Shown one piece after another: positions 10,314 through 24,208 of a stretch of DNA of 64,000 bases (position 1 is the stretch's first letter; each line of letters begins with the position of its first letter). The notes beneath the pieces are model-generated. The model was given only the letters and a program-made list of their open reading frames with translations. It was not told the origin of the DNA and made no database searches. The DNA lies in NCBI GenBank assembly GCA_050950825.1, contig JBMNIH010000003.1, positions 333,117 through 397,116 of the forward strand, written 5' to 3'. The position numbers and the translations under genes were made by a program. The DNA comes from Clostridia bacterium (GTDB lineage: Bacteria; Bacillota; Clostridia; JAAYHZ01).

Positions 10314-11009
10314 CTATTCAACCAGTGTGTTGGTATTTAACTTAACACCGGGGCTCATTGAAGTAGCCAATACGACACTTCTCAAATACTTACCTTTTGC
10401 TGCAGCCGGTTTTGCTTTAACAACGGCATCGATCAAGGTCTTTAAGTTTTCAATCAGCTTTTCCTTTTCGAAGGACTTCTTGCCGATGATGCAGTGGATA
10501 ATGTTGTTCTTGTCCAAACGATATTCCACTTTACCTGCTTTAACTTCTTCGACGGCTTTGCCGATATCCATAGTAACCGTACCGGCCTTCGGGTTGGGCA
10601 TCAAACCCTTCGGTCCTAAGATTCTTCCCAAACGACCGACAACCTTCATCATATCCGGCGTAGCAACCACTACGTCAAATTCGAACCAGTTTTCTTTTTG
10701 GATTTTTTCCGCCAAGTCGTCATCGCCTACATAATCCGCTCCGGCATTTTGAGCTTCCGTTGCTTTTTCGCCTTTGGCAAATACCAAAACTCTCGGTTGT
10801 TTACCTGTTCCATGGGGCAGAACAACGGCACCACGAACCTGCTGGTCGGCATGTCTCGAGTCGACGCCTAAACGTATATGCAATTCCACGCTTTCATCAA
10901 ACTTCGTAGCGGGCAAGCTTTTGATAATATCGAAAGCTTCGTTCATTTCATAAAGCTTTGTTTTGTCAAAACTATTTAACGCCTGAATATATCTTTTACT
11001 TCTCTTCAT
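10314..11009 (-). CDS. rplA: 50S ribosomal protein L1
   Basis: 231 aa L1 family. Confidence 0.95.
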   Translation of the reverse strand: MKRSKRYIQALNSFDKTKLYEMNEAFDIIKSLPATKFDESVELHIRLGVDSRHADQQVRGAVVLPHGTGKQPRVLVFAKGEKATEAQNAGADYVGDDDLAEKIQKENWFEFDVVVATPDMMKVVGRLGRILGPKGLMPNPKAGTVTMDIGKAVEEVKAGKVEYRLDKNNIIHCIIGKKSFEKEKLIENLKTLIDAVVKAKPAAAKGKYLRSVVLATSMSPGVKLNTNTLVE

Positions 11010-11066
11010 ATAACTTCACTCCTTTGTGGTATTATTCGGGAAACCCCTCCCACTGTTGAAAACAAG

Positions 11067-11492
11067 TTAGTCTTCTACAACAACGCCCATGCTGCGAGCC
11101 GTTCCGGCTATCATAGACATTGCCGCTTCAATACTAGCTGCATTCAAATCCGGCATCTTCTTTTCTGCAATTTCACGCAGTTGCGCTTTCGTGAGAGTTG
11201 CAACTTTGTTTGATTTCGGTTCGCCTGAACCTTTTTCCAATTTGCACGCTTGTTTAATTAATACAGCCGCCGGCGGAGTTTTCGTAATAAAAGTAAACGA
11301 ACGATCCGCATATACCGTAATAACTACAGGTATAATGGTTCCCAAATCGCCACTTGTTCTTGCGTTAAACTCTTTGGTAAATTGCATGATGTTCACGCCA
11401 TATTGTCCAAGAGCTGGTCCAACCGGTGGAGCCGGAGTCGCTTTCCCTCCGGGAATCTGGAGCTTAATGTAACCTAAGACTTTTTTAGCCAT
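11067..11492 (-). CDS. rplK: 50S ribosomal protein L11
   Basis: L11 family ([30 protein letters not shown]); start at ATG 11492 with GGGAGGTG RBS. Confidence 0.95.
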   Translation of the reverse strand: MAKKVLGYIKLQIPGGKATPAPPVGPALGQYGVNIMQFTKEFNARTSGDLGTIIPVVITVYADRSFTFITKTPPAAVLIKQACKLEKGSGEPKSNKVATLTKAQLREIAEKKMPDLNAASIEAAMSMIAGTARSMGVVVED

Positions 11493-11564
11493 GAGTCCAC
11501 CTCCCAAAAAAATTTTAATTACTTACTTTATATTAACAAATCAAAGGATTTGTCGATACCTACA

Positions 11565-12173
11565 TTACAGAATTTGAACTTGGTTGTAGTCAAGTTCCAC
11601 GGGAGTATCTCTTCCAAACATGGAAACCGATACTCTCACCTTCATTCGTTCCGGATTAATTTCCGTCACTACGCCGATAAAGTTTTCCAAAGGACCGGAA
11701 ATAACTCTGACATTATCTCCTACTTCAAAGTTCAGAACCGTCTCTACGACTTCAACGCCCATATTGACCATCTCTTCTTCGCTCAGAGGAACGGGCTTCG
11801 AGCCGGGACCTACAAACCCGGTTACACCTCTGGTATTTCGTACTACATACCAGGATTCATCCGTCATTACCATTTTGACAAGCACATACCCCGGATAGAT
11901 CTTTTTAAATGTAATCTTTGTTTTTCCATCCTTCACTTCCTGATGCTTTTCCATCGGAACAACGATATCGACAATGTAGTCCTGCATGTTTCTGTTTTCT
12001 ACTATCTTTTCCAGGTTCGCTTTAACTTTATTCTCATACCCTGAATACGTATGAATCACGTACCATTTGGCTTCGTCGGCTAAACTCGATTTCTCTTCAG
12101 CCGAAAATCCCGCCCGTTCGTCCTTTTCTTCCGGTACGTTAATATTTTCTTCAGGTATATCATCAAAAAACAT
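11565..12173 (-). CDS. nusG: Transcription termination/antitermination factor NusG
   Basis: NGN domain (WYVIHTYSGYENKV) and KOW domain. Confidence 0.9.
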   Translation of the reverse strand: MFFDDIPEENINVPEEKDERAGFSAEEKSSLADEAKWYVIHTYSGYENKVKANLEKIVENRNMQDYIVDIVVPMEKHQEVKDGKTKITFKKIYPGYVLVKMVMTDESWYVVRNTRGVTGFVGPGSKPVPLSEEEMVNMGVEVVETVLNFEVGDNVRVISGPLENFIGVVTEINPERMKVRVSVSMFGRDTPVELDYNQVQIL

Positions 12174-12227
12174 GGATTACGGGCCTCCTTGTGTTTATCA
12201 TCCGGGTATACACGACTTTAAATGCCA

Positions 12228-12458
12228 TTACCGTAAAAGCGACCATGTTATGACTTTGCTGATCGCCGCATCAAAAATCCAAATGACAATCCCGATAACC
12301 AGGCATGCCGCAATAACCGTTATGGTATTTTTAACAAGCTTAGGCCATGATAGCCAAGTTACCTTTTTCAGTTCGCTTCGAATATCTTTAAAGAACTTCA
12401 GACTTGCTTTTTTTCTTGCGGCGCTTTTTTCACTTTTTTTGTTAACCTTATCAGCCAT
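12228..12458 (-). CDS. secE: Preprotein translocase subunit SecE
   Basis: Single C-terminal TM helix; ATG at 12458 with AGGAG RBS (track start is a TTG). Confidence 0.8.
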   Translation of the reverse strand: MADKVNKKSEKSAARKKASLKFFKDIRSELKKVTWLSWPKLVKNTITVIAACLVIGIVIWIFDAAISKVITWSLLR

Positions 12459-12520
12459 ATAAAACAACTCCTATCCTGCATTTTTCCGAAATACCGGATA
12501 CGATACTCTCCTTTAATGTC

Positions 12521-12670
12521 TTAACGGGTTTCTCTGTGAACGGTATGCTTACGGCAAAATTTGCAGTATTTTTTCAGTTCTATTCTATCCGGATGTTTCC
12601 TCTTATCTTTTTTTGTAATGTAATTTCTTTGTTTGCAGTCCGTGCAAGCTAAAATAATATTCTCTCTCAT
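12521..12670 (-). CDS. rpmG: 50S ribosomal protein L33
   Basis: 49-aa zinc-ribbon protein (CTDCKQRNY...CKFCRKH), internal start MRENI. Confidence 0.85.
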   Translation of the reverse strand: MRENIILACTDCKQRNYITKKDKRKHPDRIELKKYCKFCRKHTVHRETR

Positions 12671-12707
12671 TAAAGTGACACCTCCGTACACACTATTATC
12701 TCTACAC

Positions 12708-12757
12708 AAAAAAAAAGAGCTTCCGTGTGAGTAGCATCACTACACTACCACACGGAA
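12708..12757 (-). terminator. Intrinsic terminator between the 336-aa gene and rpmG
   Basis: Hairpin TTCCGTGTG...CACACGGAA followed by a 9-T run on the minus strand. Confidence 0.7.
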
Positions 12758-12807
12758 AGGTATATGTCAATATTTTTTTTTGAAACCGTGAAATATTATT
12801 GCCAAAA

Positions 12808-13818
12808 TCACTCCCAATCATCTTCGATATCTTCGGTTTCAACGGATGCCGGGTCAAAATTCAACAAGAGATCCACCAATTCGAATGCCAATTTGTAATT
12901 GCTAGGCTGATGGAATAACGCTAATGTCAAATCCGTACCCATTATGTTGGTGCCGGTAAAAAACTTCGACTCTTCCAACCGAATACCGAATAAATACTCT
13001 TCGCCCAAGTTGTTCTTTGCGTATACGAGATAATCGTCGTCTCGTTTTTCCGATTTTTCGGTTTGGCTTTGGGAGGTTTCTTCCTCTTTTCCGGCAGCCT
13101 GATTCAACGTACTGTCCAATTTTAAATTTCCCGATCTTGGCGTTGCATCGGATACGTGAATCCGGCCTTCCTCATCCTTTTCTACATCCAAGGGCATAAA
13201 CATTCCCTGAGAAGCCAGATAAGTGAAGGTTTTTCCGTCGCATACGATAACGTCCAAATTCCCCGATGCGATTAATGACATCAGCTTCATGCGAGCATCC
13301 GCAACGAATTGGGCGTCCAATACGGTTTCGCTTTCCAGCATCAGTTGCTCCACGTTAGGCGCTTTTGCATTGGTCAAATGCTCGTACACATCGTCGTAAA
13401 CTTCGTTGATGTCCCTTACGTATAAATCGCCGATAAAATGGAGGTTGACATCGTTGGGTACGGTTTGAATGGAATTGATAACAAGTACCACCAACGCAAA
13501 CGTCGTCGCGATTAGGACCAGCACAGGAACTTTGTAGTGATACCAGAAGTTTTTAAACTTCCCGGCACCGCTTTTGGCATACTTCTCTTCTTCTTCGTCC
13601 ACCACGTAATAACCCATTATACGGTTGTAGGCGTCATCAAGCTCATCGATTTTTTCTTGATTGCCTCGATATTTTTTCAGCAATACCGTATATGTTTTCT
13701 TTACGGTTTCTTCATCGGCGCCTTCTTCTATCCCCAGTATCTCATAAGACTTACGGAGCAACTCCTTTTCTCGCTCTTGCTCCTGCCGTTTAAGGCCTTT
13801 GCTCTTATTTTCCTGCAT
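12808..13818 (-). CDS. Hypothetical single-pass membrane protein with J-domain-like N-terminus lacking HPD
   Basis: N-terminal SYEILGIEEGADEETVKKTYTVLLKKYRG resembles a J domain without HPD; one TM helix; acidic C-terminal domain. Confidence 0.5.
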   Translation of the reverse strand: MQENKSKGLKRQEQEREKELLRKSYEILGIEEGADEETVKKTYTVLLKKYRGNQEKIDELDDAYNRIMGYYVVDEEEEKYAKSGAGKFKNFWYHYKVPVLVLIATTFALVVLVINSIQTVPNDVNLHFIGDLYVRDINEVYDDVYEHLTNAKAPNVEQLMLESETVLDAQFVADARMKLMSLIASGNLDVIVCDGKTFTYLASQGMFMPLDVEKDEEGRIHVSDATPRSGNLKLDSTLNQAAGKEEETSQSQTEKSEKRDDDYLVYAKNNLGEEYLFGIRLEESKFFTGTNIMGTDLTLALFHQPSNYKLAFELVDLLLNFDPASVETEDIEDDWE

Positions 13819-13859
13819 CCTATCACCCTCCTATCCTCTTTTATTATACTACATCCGCT

Positions 13860-15365
13860 TTACATGTCTTTTAACCTCATGGTGGGAAATAGTATGACAT
13901 CGCGGATGGAATAGGAATCGGTCAAAAGCATAACCAAACGGTCGATACCGATCCCAAGTCCTCCGGTCGGCGGCAGGCCGTATTCCATGGCCAGCAAGTA
14001 ATCCTTGTCCTCCATGTTGGCTTCCTCGTCACCGGCTTGTCGTTTTCTCATCTGGTCGTCAAAACGCTCTTTTTGATCAATGGGATCGTTCAGCTCGCTG
14101 TACGCATTGCCGTACTCTCTTCCGCATATAAAAATTTCAAATCGTTCCGTTAATCCCGGTCTTGAATATTTCTTTTTCGTTAAAGGAGAAATCTCAATGG
14201 GATAATCGTAGATGAAGGTAGGTTGTATCAAATGATGCTCTACCAGCTCTTCGAAGGCCAAAGCCAACGCTTCTCCCCAACCGATATTCCCTTCGGTTTC
14301 GATTCCTTTGTCCTTTAACGCCGCCTTAATCTCTTCGGGATCACTCAATTTGTCGAAGTCAATACCGCCGTATTCTTTCACCGCATCCAACATGGTCAAT
14401 CTGCGCCAAGGCGGCGTCAAATCCACGGACACGCCTTGGTAGGTGATTTGGCATGTACCGAGAACCTTTTGGGCTACGGTGGATACCATATCTTCCGTCA
14501 ATTTCATCATATCATGATAATCGGCGTAGGCTTGGTACAGCTCCATCATGGTGAATTCCGGATTGTGCTTTACCGATATCCCTTCGTTTCGGAACATTCT
14601 CCCGATTTCATAGACCCGTTCCATGCCGCCGATAATCAATCGTTTTAAATACAATTCGGGAGCGATACGCAGATACAAGTCCATATCCAAAGCATTATGA
14701 TGGGTTATAAACGGTCTTGCCGCCGCTCCTCCCGGAATCGGGTTCAAAATGGGCGTTTCCACTTCCAAGAACTCTCTATCATCCAAAAATCTTCGGATTT
14801 CTTTAATTATTCTGCTGCGGGTAACAAAAATATTTTTCACTTCGGGGTTCACCAGCAAATCCAAATAACGCTGGCGATAACGCAAATCCGTATCCTTTAA
14901 ACCGTGCCATTTTTCCGGTAAGGGCTGCAAGCTTTTCGACAGCATGACAATGTCGCTGACCTTAATGGAGATTTCACCCTTTTGGGTCTTGAACACTTCC
15001 CCTTTGACACCGACGATGTCGCCGATATCGTATTTTTTAAATTCCGCATACTTTTCTTCTCCCACATCGTTCATGCGGATATACAGCTGGATTTTGCCGT
15101 AGCGGTCGTGCAAATCGCAAAAGGAAACCTTCCCCATTCCTCTTTTCGACATCAGCCTTCCGGCGACGGATACCGTTTGTCCTTCTCTTGTTTCAAACTC
15201 TTCTATAATCTCGCTGCTTTTTGCCGTTACTTCATATTTGACTTGTTCAAAGGGGTCTTTTCCCGTCCTTTGCAATTCCAAAAGCTTTTCTCTTCGCACT
15301 CTTAGTATTTCATTTAAATCTTCTTGCTGAATGTTATTCTCTCGAATTTCGTTATTCTCGGTCAT
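13860..15365 (-). CDS. lysS: Lysyl-tRNA synthetase (class II)
   Basis: 501 aa; OB-fold plus class II core; GGAGGAG RBS. Confidence 0.95.
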   Translation of the reverse strand: MTENNEIRENNIQQEDLNEILRVRREKLLELQRTGKDPFEQVKYEVTAKSSEIIEEFETREGQTVSVAGRLMSKRGMGKVSFCDLHDRYGKIQLYIRMNDVGEEKYAEFKKYDIGDIVGVKGEVFKTQKGEISIKVSDIVMLSKSLQPLPEKWHGLKDTDLRYRQRYLDLLVNPEVKNIFVTRSRIIKEIRRFLDDREFLEVETPILNPIPGGAAARPFITHHNALDMDLYLRIAPELYLKRLIIGGMERVYEIGRMFRNEGISVKHNPEFTMMELYQAYADYHDMMKLTEDMVSTVAQKVLGTCQITYQGVSVDLTPPWRRLTMLDAVKEYGGIDFDKLSDPEEIKAALKDKGIETEGNIGWGEALALAFEELVEHHLIQPTFIYDYPIEISPLTKKKYSRPGLTERFEIFICGREYGNAYSELNDPIDQKERFDDQMRKRQAGDEEANMEDKDYLLAMEYGLPPTGGLGIGIDRLVMLLTDSYSIRDVILFPTMRLKDM

Positions 15366-15437
15366 TCCATACTCCTCCGATAAACTTTTCCTATTTTATC
15401 ATTATACCATCATCTTGGGACGTCTAAAAGGTTCGGT

Positions 15438-15470
15438 CAAAAAAAAAGAAGGCAAGCCTTCTTCTTTTTC
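15438..15470 (-). terminator. Bidirectional-type intrinsic terminator downstream of greA
   Basis: Hairpin AAGAAGG-CAAG-CCTTCTT flanked by an A-run and a T-run. Confidence 0.6.
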
Positions 15471-15473
15471 AGG

Positions 15474-15950
15474 TTACTTGCCGATACCCAGAATCTTGAA
15501 TTTGACAATTCCGCCGGGAGTCATGACTTCCACCGTTTCGCCCACCTTTTTGCCCATAAGCGCTTTTCCGACAGGCGATTCGTTGGATATACGATTCTTT
15601 GACGGATTAGCTTCGGTGGAACCGACGATCCTGTATTCCACTTCTTCGTCAAATTCCAAATCAAGGAGCTTGACGATGCTTCCAATGCTGACCGCATCGG
15701 TGGTAATGTCTTCATCAACGATTATTTGTGAGTATCTTAATGTATCTTCAATCTCCGCAATTTTTGCTTCGACCAAGGCTTGCTCGTTTTTAGCTTCGTC
15801 GTATTCGGAGTTTTCCGAAATATCTCCGAAAGACAGTGCATGTTTTATTCTCGCGGCTACCTCCCGGCGTTTTGTACTTTTCAGGTATTCCAATTCTTCT
15901 TCCAATTGACGCAACCCTTCAGGAGTTAGATATACTTCTTTTTTTAGCAT
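15474..15950 (-). CDS. greA: Transcription elongation factor GreA
   Basis: 158 aa; coiled-coil N-domain and FKBP-like C-domain. Confidence 0.95.
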   Translation of the reverse strand: MLKKEVYLTPEGLRQLEEELEYLKSTKRREVAARIKHALSFGDISENSEYDEAKNEQALVEAKIAEIEDTLRYSQIIVDEDITTDAVSIGSIVKLLDLEFDEEVEYRIVGSTEANPSKNRISNESPVGKALMGKKVGETVEVMTPGGIVKFKILGIGK

Positions 15951-15972
15951 GTTTATTTCACCCTTCTTTTAA

Positions 15973-16003
15973 TCAATCAAATAAAAACCCGTTTACCGGG
16001 TTT
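15973..16003 (-). promoter_or_regulatory. Terminator-like hairpin in the greA leader (putative attenuator)
   Basis: Minus-strand RNA AAACCCG-GUAAA-CGGGUUU followed by UUUAUUUG, between a consensus promoter and the greA RBS. Confidence 0.45.
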
Positions 16004-16026
16004 CCTTCAAAACAACAGGCACATTC

Positions 16027-16055
16027 ATTATAGAAACGCATGAGCAGTTTGTCAA
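16027..16055 (-). promoter_or_regulatory. Consensus sigma-A promoter upstream of greA
   Basis: Minus strand TTGACA (16050-16055), 17-nt spacer, TATAAT (16027-16032). Confidence 0.6.
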
Positions 16056-16166
16056 TATCTTTCCTAGTAATGCTTGTTGTTTCAGCCGGATTTTACCGGA
16101 CCTCGAACCGGTTTCAATTTCTATATATATATTCACTTAATCGACAATTATACAGTCAATAAGACT

Positions 16167-17663
<1,497 letters not shown>

Positions 17664-17809
17664 TCAAAGGATGTAAGAGTTTCAAAAAGCTTCAATTTTT
17701 TATGTTTCGGGTCCTTACCGCTTTTAATTTAATAAAGTATTATATCCTAAGGTTTTTTATAAATCAATGATTTCATAGAATTTGTTTTATTCCAAAAAGG
17801 TATAAATTT

Positions 17810-17850
17810 TAAAATAAAAAAAACAGACCCTCCTAAAGGAAAGTCTGTTC
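17810..17850 (-). terminator. Intrinsic terminator downstream of spoIIR
   Basis: Hairpin AACAGAC...GTCTGTT followed by TTTTTTTATTTT on the minus strand. Confidence 0.7.
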
Positions 17851-17865
17851 ATTCTATGGTAAAAA

Positions 17866-18516
17866 TTACTGCAGCTTCATACGCTTTTTAATGCTTTGAA
17901 AAAATTCTACGATTTTAAAACGAATGGTCGGTTCCCCGGTAGAATCCAAAAAGACAACCTTCGCATTTTCATCCGATAAGGACTGTACAAACAATTCCAT
18001 CCGATCTTTTTCAAAAATTCCTAAAGTCCCTTCCGAAAAGCACAATGGAGGATACAGCACGCACCACCAATTTTCGCCGCAGGATTGTCCGATCTCCACC
18101 CTTAAGGCCGAGTACTGACCGGAAGGCAGCACGAAATTCTCGTATTGCTTCATGGGAAAATAGTAAACACCGTAAGAAGCCCGGGTCATATATTCGTATC
18201 CGCAGTCATAAACCGTTTCTTGTGCAATTCGGTTTATTTCATCCAAATGGCTTTGTATAAATTCCTTCGCTTTACCTAAATCCTGCTCTTCCAGCGGATA
18301 ACCTTCCGTATATTGCTTTAAGTAAGTTAAAATACTGTCTCGAACCTTCAATTTCAAAAATTGATCCTTAGGGTCGTTGCTGTTGGCAATGACATGAAGC
18401 CGAACTATGTTTTCCGAAAGGGCTTGAACCACATGCTTAGAATATATGTCTAAAGCCGTTACAAGTAAGCAGACCGTCAACAAAATAATGGCAAATACAT
18501 AAACCGTTTTATTCAT
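17866..18516 (-). CDS. spoIIR: Stage II sporulation protein R
   Basis: 216 aa, N-terminal signal/TM; recalled SpoIIR motifs (RLHVIANSND, WWCVLYPPLC). Confidence 0.8.
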   Translation of the reverse strand: MNKTVYVFAIILLTVCLLVTALDIYSKHVVQALSENIVRLHVIANSNDPKDQFLKLKVRDSILTYLKQYTEGYPLEEQDLGKAKEFIQSHLDEINRIAQETVYDCGYEYMTRASYGVYYFPMKQYENFVLPSGQYSALRVEIGQSCGENWWCVLYPPLCFSEGTLGIFEKDRMELFVQSLSDENAKVVFLDSTGEPTIRFKIVEFFQSIKKRMKLQ

Positions 18517-18611
18517 CCTATTTACCCCTGTTTCATGAATTTCTCAATGTGTATTCTTTCCAAAATCCGCCGGCATATTCACAAAACGGGAAATAGGTTT
18601 TTGCCTTTTTA

Positions 18612-18648
18612 CGATAAAAAAGCCCTCGATGCTTTAATCGAAGGCTTT
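18612..18648 (-). terminator. Intrinsic terminator downstream of pyrG
   Basis: Hairpin AGCCTTCGA...TCGAGGGCT (one G-U pair) followed by a U-run. Confidence 0.65.
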
Positions 18649-18664
18649 AAGGATCTATTAAAAT

Positions 18665-20335
<1,671 letters not shown>

Positions 20336-20368
20336 TCATCCGCAATATTTTCGGCAACCATTATATAA

Positions 20369-21841
20369 TTAATCGGATAAGATATCAATAGCTTTTCGCA
20401 ATTGTTTGTCTGCATCTTGCTTCATTTTCGCTACATCCCGGTTTAAAGCCTTTTGTGTCTCGAAGTTCAAGCTTCCTGTCGCCGTCAGCCCATTATCTTT
20501 TTGGTATTGTTTGATGATCTCGGAAGCTCTTTCATCCAACGTGTCGCTGTTCAATTCCGTTTGGTATCCCGCCGCTTTCAAAATGTATTTGGCCAACAGG
20601 ATTTCCGGCCCCTTGTCGCCCGGATTATACTCTTTCACCTCGTACAAAGTGCTTAAGGACTCAATATTGACATCGTTTTGGGTCAAAATGTTCAAAATAA
20701 CCTTGTGAGGTCTTACGCCTACGTTGTTAATCCTTCTTCCCGCAGGTGTCAAATATTCTCCTACCGTTAACTTCAAATAGCCCATAATGTACCGTTCGGG
20801 AACAAAAATACCGTATTCGAACAAGTCGTAATAGCTGATCATCGGTATCTTGGTAGCATCGTAGCAAATTTTAAAGGCTTCATAATTGACAATGGGAATC
20901 AGCTGTTGAAAAACGGATTTCCCCCAAGTTTTTTCACCGATCACCGTGCCGCAGTAGGTATCTCTTATGGCTCCGGCCAAAAGCTCCGAGGAGCTTGCCG
21001 TATACTTGTTCACCAATACCACCAAATTATACGGATTTTCCGTCAAGTCGTTGGTATATACGATATCTTGAACGCGGTCCGATTCATAGTCCAACACGGA
21101 TATAACACCGCCCGGCACGAAATGCTTCGCCACGTTGACGGCCGCTTGGACGCTTCCTCCTCCGTTGTTCCTCAAATCCAATATGATATTGTCAATTCCG
21201 GCTTTTTTTACTTCCTCCATAGCCCTGTCAAAAAATACATCGGCATCAAAGGAAAACGTAGAAATTTTTATGTACGCGATACGGTCGTCGATAAATTTCA
21301 ACGTCACCGGATTGATGACAATATGCTTTCGAACCACATCAAAATACAAAATTTTGTCGCTGCCGCCTCTTTTCACTCCGATTCTTACCGTGGTTCCGCT
21401 TTTTCCTTTAATATAATTTACCGCAACGGTGGAAGTCATTCCGGTCAGGTCCTTATCGTCGGCGGATACGATAACGTCCCCTATCATCAAACCGGCTTCC
21501 CTTGCCGGAGAATCCTCTAAAAATTCTACAATCGTGATTCCTCCTGCAATATCCGATACCATAATGCCGATTCCTTCAACGGAGTTTTCCAACTGCTGAA
21601 AAAGAACCTCGGCTTCTTCCAAATCGTAATATTCCGTAAATTCGTCAAGGCTTTCAAACATGTTACGAATCATCTTCTCGTAAACCGCTTGGTTGTCCAG
21701 ATCCCCTTTATACATATCGACGATCATGTCAAAAACCGACTGTATGTATTCTCCCCCGTCGGCTGCCGATACCGAGATAGGCGTGACAAGAATCGCCGCA
21801 ATTACGACTATCGTCAAAACAGAAGATAAAAACTTTTTCAT
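20369..21841 (-). CDS. S41 C-terminal processing peptidase with PDZ and C-terminal peptidoglycan-binding domain (CtpB-like)
   Basis: Signal peptide, PDZ, S41 core (ASSSELLAGA, EKTWGKS), PG-binding-like tail. Confidence 0.8.
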   Translation of the reverse strand: MKKFLSSVLTIVVIAAILVTPISVSAADGGEYIQSVFDMIVDMYKGDLDNQAVYEKMIRNMFESLDEFTEYYDLEEAEVLFQQLENSVEGIGIMVSDIAGGITIVEFLEDSPAREAGLMIGDVIVSADDKDLTGMTSTVAVNYIKGKSGTTVRIGVKRGGSDKILYFDVVRKHIVINPVTLKFIDDRIAYIKISTFSFDADVFFDRAMEEVKKAGIDNIILDLRNNGGGSVQAAVNVAKHFVPGGVISVLDYESDRVQDIVYTNDLTENPYNLVVLVNKYTASSSELLAGAIRDTYCGTVIGEKTWGKSVFQQLIPIVNYEAFKICYDATKIPMISYYDLFEYGIFVPERYIMGYLKLTVGEYLTPAGRRINNVGVRPHKVILNILTQNDVNIESLSTLYEVKEYNPGDKGPEILLAKYILKAAGYQTELNSDTLDERASEIIKQYQKDNGLTATGSLNFETQKALNRDVAKMKQDADKQLRKAIDILSD

Positions 21842-22031
21842 GATAAAATGCTCCCCCTCCGGTTTTCTTAAGTTCAACCTTTCAATTGTCAAACCCCACT
21901 TTTCCATTATACCGGTAAACTCAAGGAATTGAAATAAATAGATGTTAAAACATAATAAAAATACGACGCACCTTTACAAGCGGCATCCCCGTTACGTAAA
22001 CATGCATCGTATTTTCGGGTTTTTCTCAAAT

Positions 22032-22472
22032 TCAGTTTTTGGTTATTTCTCGAACGCTTAAATTAAAATCGTTTTCTACGTATTGGTTGTCATCGATACG
22101 AATGTGATAAGCCACCTTAATGGAGCCTCCCTCGTCACCGATATCCACCTTCATGTACTCCGTAAATACATCCACGGTAAAAGCGCCTTCCCGGATATCG
22201 TAGTGGGAAAAATGGTTTAATCCTTGCTCGAAAACAAATTGTGAATTCACTTTCCCGCTTCTGGTAAGTGTGACCTTGTTTTGATTTACATGAAGCACCG
22301 TCTTCGTTCCCTCCATGCCGGTCACTATACTTTCATCGTATTCAACAAAATACTCCTGGCCTTTTTTTATGTATTTTCCTTCGGTAATAAGCTCCATATT
22401 TTCCCGAAGTGTACCTCCGGTTCCGCTTACCGATATGATCACGTCTTTTCTCAAAGTTAGAACCTCCGTCAC
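22032..22472 (-). CDS. DUF1934-family protein (YwiB-like beta-barrel)
   Basis: 146 aa; sequence pattern typical of this small conserved family; function unknown. Confidence 0.5.
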   Translation of the reverse strand: MTEVLTLRKDVIISVSGTGGTLRENMELITEGKYIKKGQEYFVEYDESIVTGMEGTKTVLHVNQNKVTLTRSGKVNSQFVFEQGLNHFSHYDIREGAFTVDVFTEYMKVDIGDEGGSIKVAYHIRIDDNQYVENDFNLSVREITKN

Positions 22473-22544
22473 GATTATGTGCCCTACATCAGGTAATACT
22501 CTACTTCTTTTTTAAAATGATGTCAATAGAATTAATTACCCAAA

Positions 22545-23615
22545 TCAATACTCCGTTTTAAAGCTCTTTACATAATCGTACCTATTAAAACCGTATTCGA
22601 TCAAACGTGTAATCAGTTCCTTCCCGTTGATCCCTTCTTTTTCCCAAAGCTTGGGATACATGCTGATGGAAGTGAAGCCGGGAATGGTGTTAATTTCATT
22701 GATACAGACCCTTTGCTCCTCCGTATTCACAAAAAAGTCGATTCGTGCAAATCCGCTGCAGTCCATGGCTTTGTATGCGGCAACGGCATAGTCCTTTACT
22801 TTTTGCTCTAAGCCCTTATCCAATCCGGAAGGAATAATAACCTTCGAGTCTTGGCTTATATACTTGGCATGGTAATCGTAAAACTCGTTACCGGCAATGA
22901 TTTTTCCGGTCCCGGATACAAGGGGTTCTTCGTTCCCCATAACGGAGATTTCAATTTCCAAGCCTTTGATATATTCTTCCACCAATACTCGGCCGTCGTA
23001 TTGCAGAGCCAATTGAAGGGCGGCGGACAGCTGCTCTTTGTCATAAACCTTCGAAACTCCGACGGAAGAGCCTGCATTGGCCGGCTTGACAAAACAAGGA
23101 TATTCGATCGCTTCCTCGCATGCTCGGATGCATTCGTCGAGTTTTTCTTCAATATCCCTTTTCAATAAGGTTACGTATTTCCCTTGGGGTATCCCTACCG
23201 TTTCGAAGACCGCTTTGGCTATGCTTTTGTCCATGCAGCCGGATGAAGCCAAAACGCCGCATCCCACATAAGGAATGTCAAGAACCTGTAAGAAACCTTG
23301 AATGGTTCCGTCTTCCCCGTTTTTCCCGTGAAGAACGGGGAAAACGATATCAATATTCTTCAATTCCTTGATGAATTGCTCCGTTTTATACAAAGGCTGC
23401 GGACCTTGTTCCGCTTCCTTCACCCAAGACCCGTTTTCAATATTTTCCGTATTGCCTTCATACAAATACCATACTCCCTTTTTGGTAATTCCAAAAAGAC
23501 GAACATCGTATTTTTCCCGATCAATGTTGCGAATTACAAAAACCGCTGAACGGCATGACACTTCGTGTTCGGTGGACATTCCACCGAAAAGAACCGCTAC
23601 GTTTGCTTTTTTCAT
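22545..23615 (-). CDS. ddl: D-alanine--D-alanine ligase
   Basis: ATP-grasp; start at MKKANVAVLFGG (ATG 23615). Confidence 0.9.
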   Translation of the reverse strand: MKKANVAVLFGGMSTEHEVSCRSAVFVIRNIDREKYDVRLFGITKKGVWYLYEGNTENIENGSWVKEAEQGPQPLYKTEQFIKELKNIDIVFPVLHGKNGEDGTIQGFLQVLDIPYVGCGVLASSGCMDKSIAKAVFETVGIPQGKYVTLLKRDIEEKLDECIRACEEAIEYPCFVKPANAGSSVGVSKVYDKEQLSAALQLALQYDGRVLVEEYIKGLEIEISVMGNEEPLVSGTGKIIAGNEFYDYHAKYISQDSKVIIPSGLDKGLEQKVKDYAVAAYKAMDCSGFARIDFFVNTEEQRVCINEINTIPGFTSISMYPKLWEKEGINGKELITRLIEYGFNRYDYVKSFKTEY

Positions 23616-23625
23616 ATAAATCCTT

Positions 23626-24129
23626 TCAATAACAATCGATGATTTCTCCGATATAGAATACGTGGTAATCCTTTTTCGGATAATGTCTTTTATCAATTTC
23701 TTTATTCAGAAAAGTCGGATCCATGGCCTGCCGGTACAGGATCTTGCACTCGTATTGGGTTTCGCATCCTTCCACCACAGGTGCATTCACCGATCTTCCT
23801 TCTCCCTTTTTCAATCCCGCCAATTCGAATTTATCTCGGTCGCGGCCGGATACCGTACCGCAAATTTGCAAAGCCTCCTTCATCTCGTCAGCCTTCGGCA
23901 CGCCCACAATAAAAACGTCGGAATTCGACAAAAGCTCGTGGGTATATCGGGTAGGCCGTACCACCACGTTTAAAACGGGTTTTCCCCACATGACGCCGAT
24001 GAACCCCCAGCCGATGGTCATTACGTTGTCCCTTTCTTTATCTCTTGTACACAAAAACATTCCTTTCGGCATTTGCAGATTGAAACGATCGGATAATTCG
24101 CCTAAATCTTTTAATTTCACCTCAATCAC
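23626..24129 (-). CDS. Flavin reductase-like (FMN-binding split barrel) protein
   Basis: 167 aa; GTG start. Confidence 0.6.
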   Translation of the reverse strand: MIEVKLKDLGELSDRFNLQMPKGMFLCTRDKERDNVMTIGWGFIGVMWGKPVLNVVVRPTRYTHELLSNSDVFIVGVPKADEMKEALQICGTVSGRDRDKFELAGLKKGEGRSVNAPVVEGCETQYECKILYRQAMDPTFLNKEIDKRHYPKKDYHVFYIGEIIDCY

Positions 24130-24208
24130 CGCTTTCCCAAATGATTTTGTCAGCTCATATTATATACCATTCGGCAGGGGAATGAATCATTTTTGCCGGT
24201 TGATTTTT

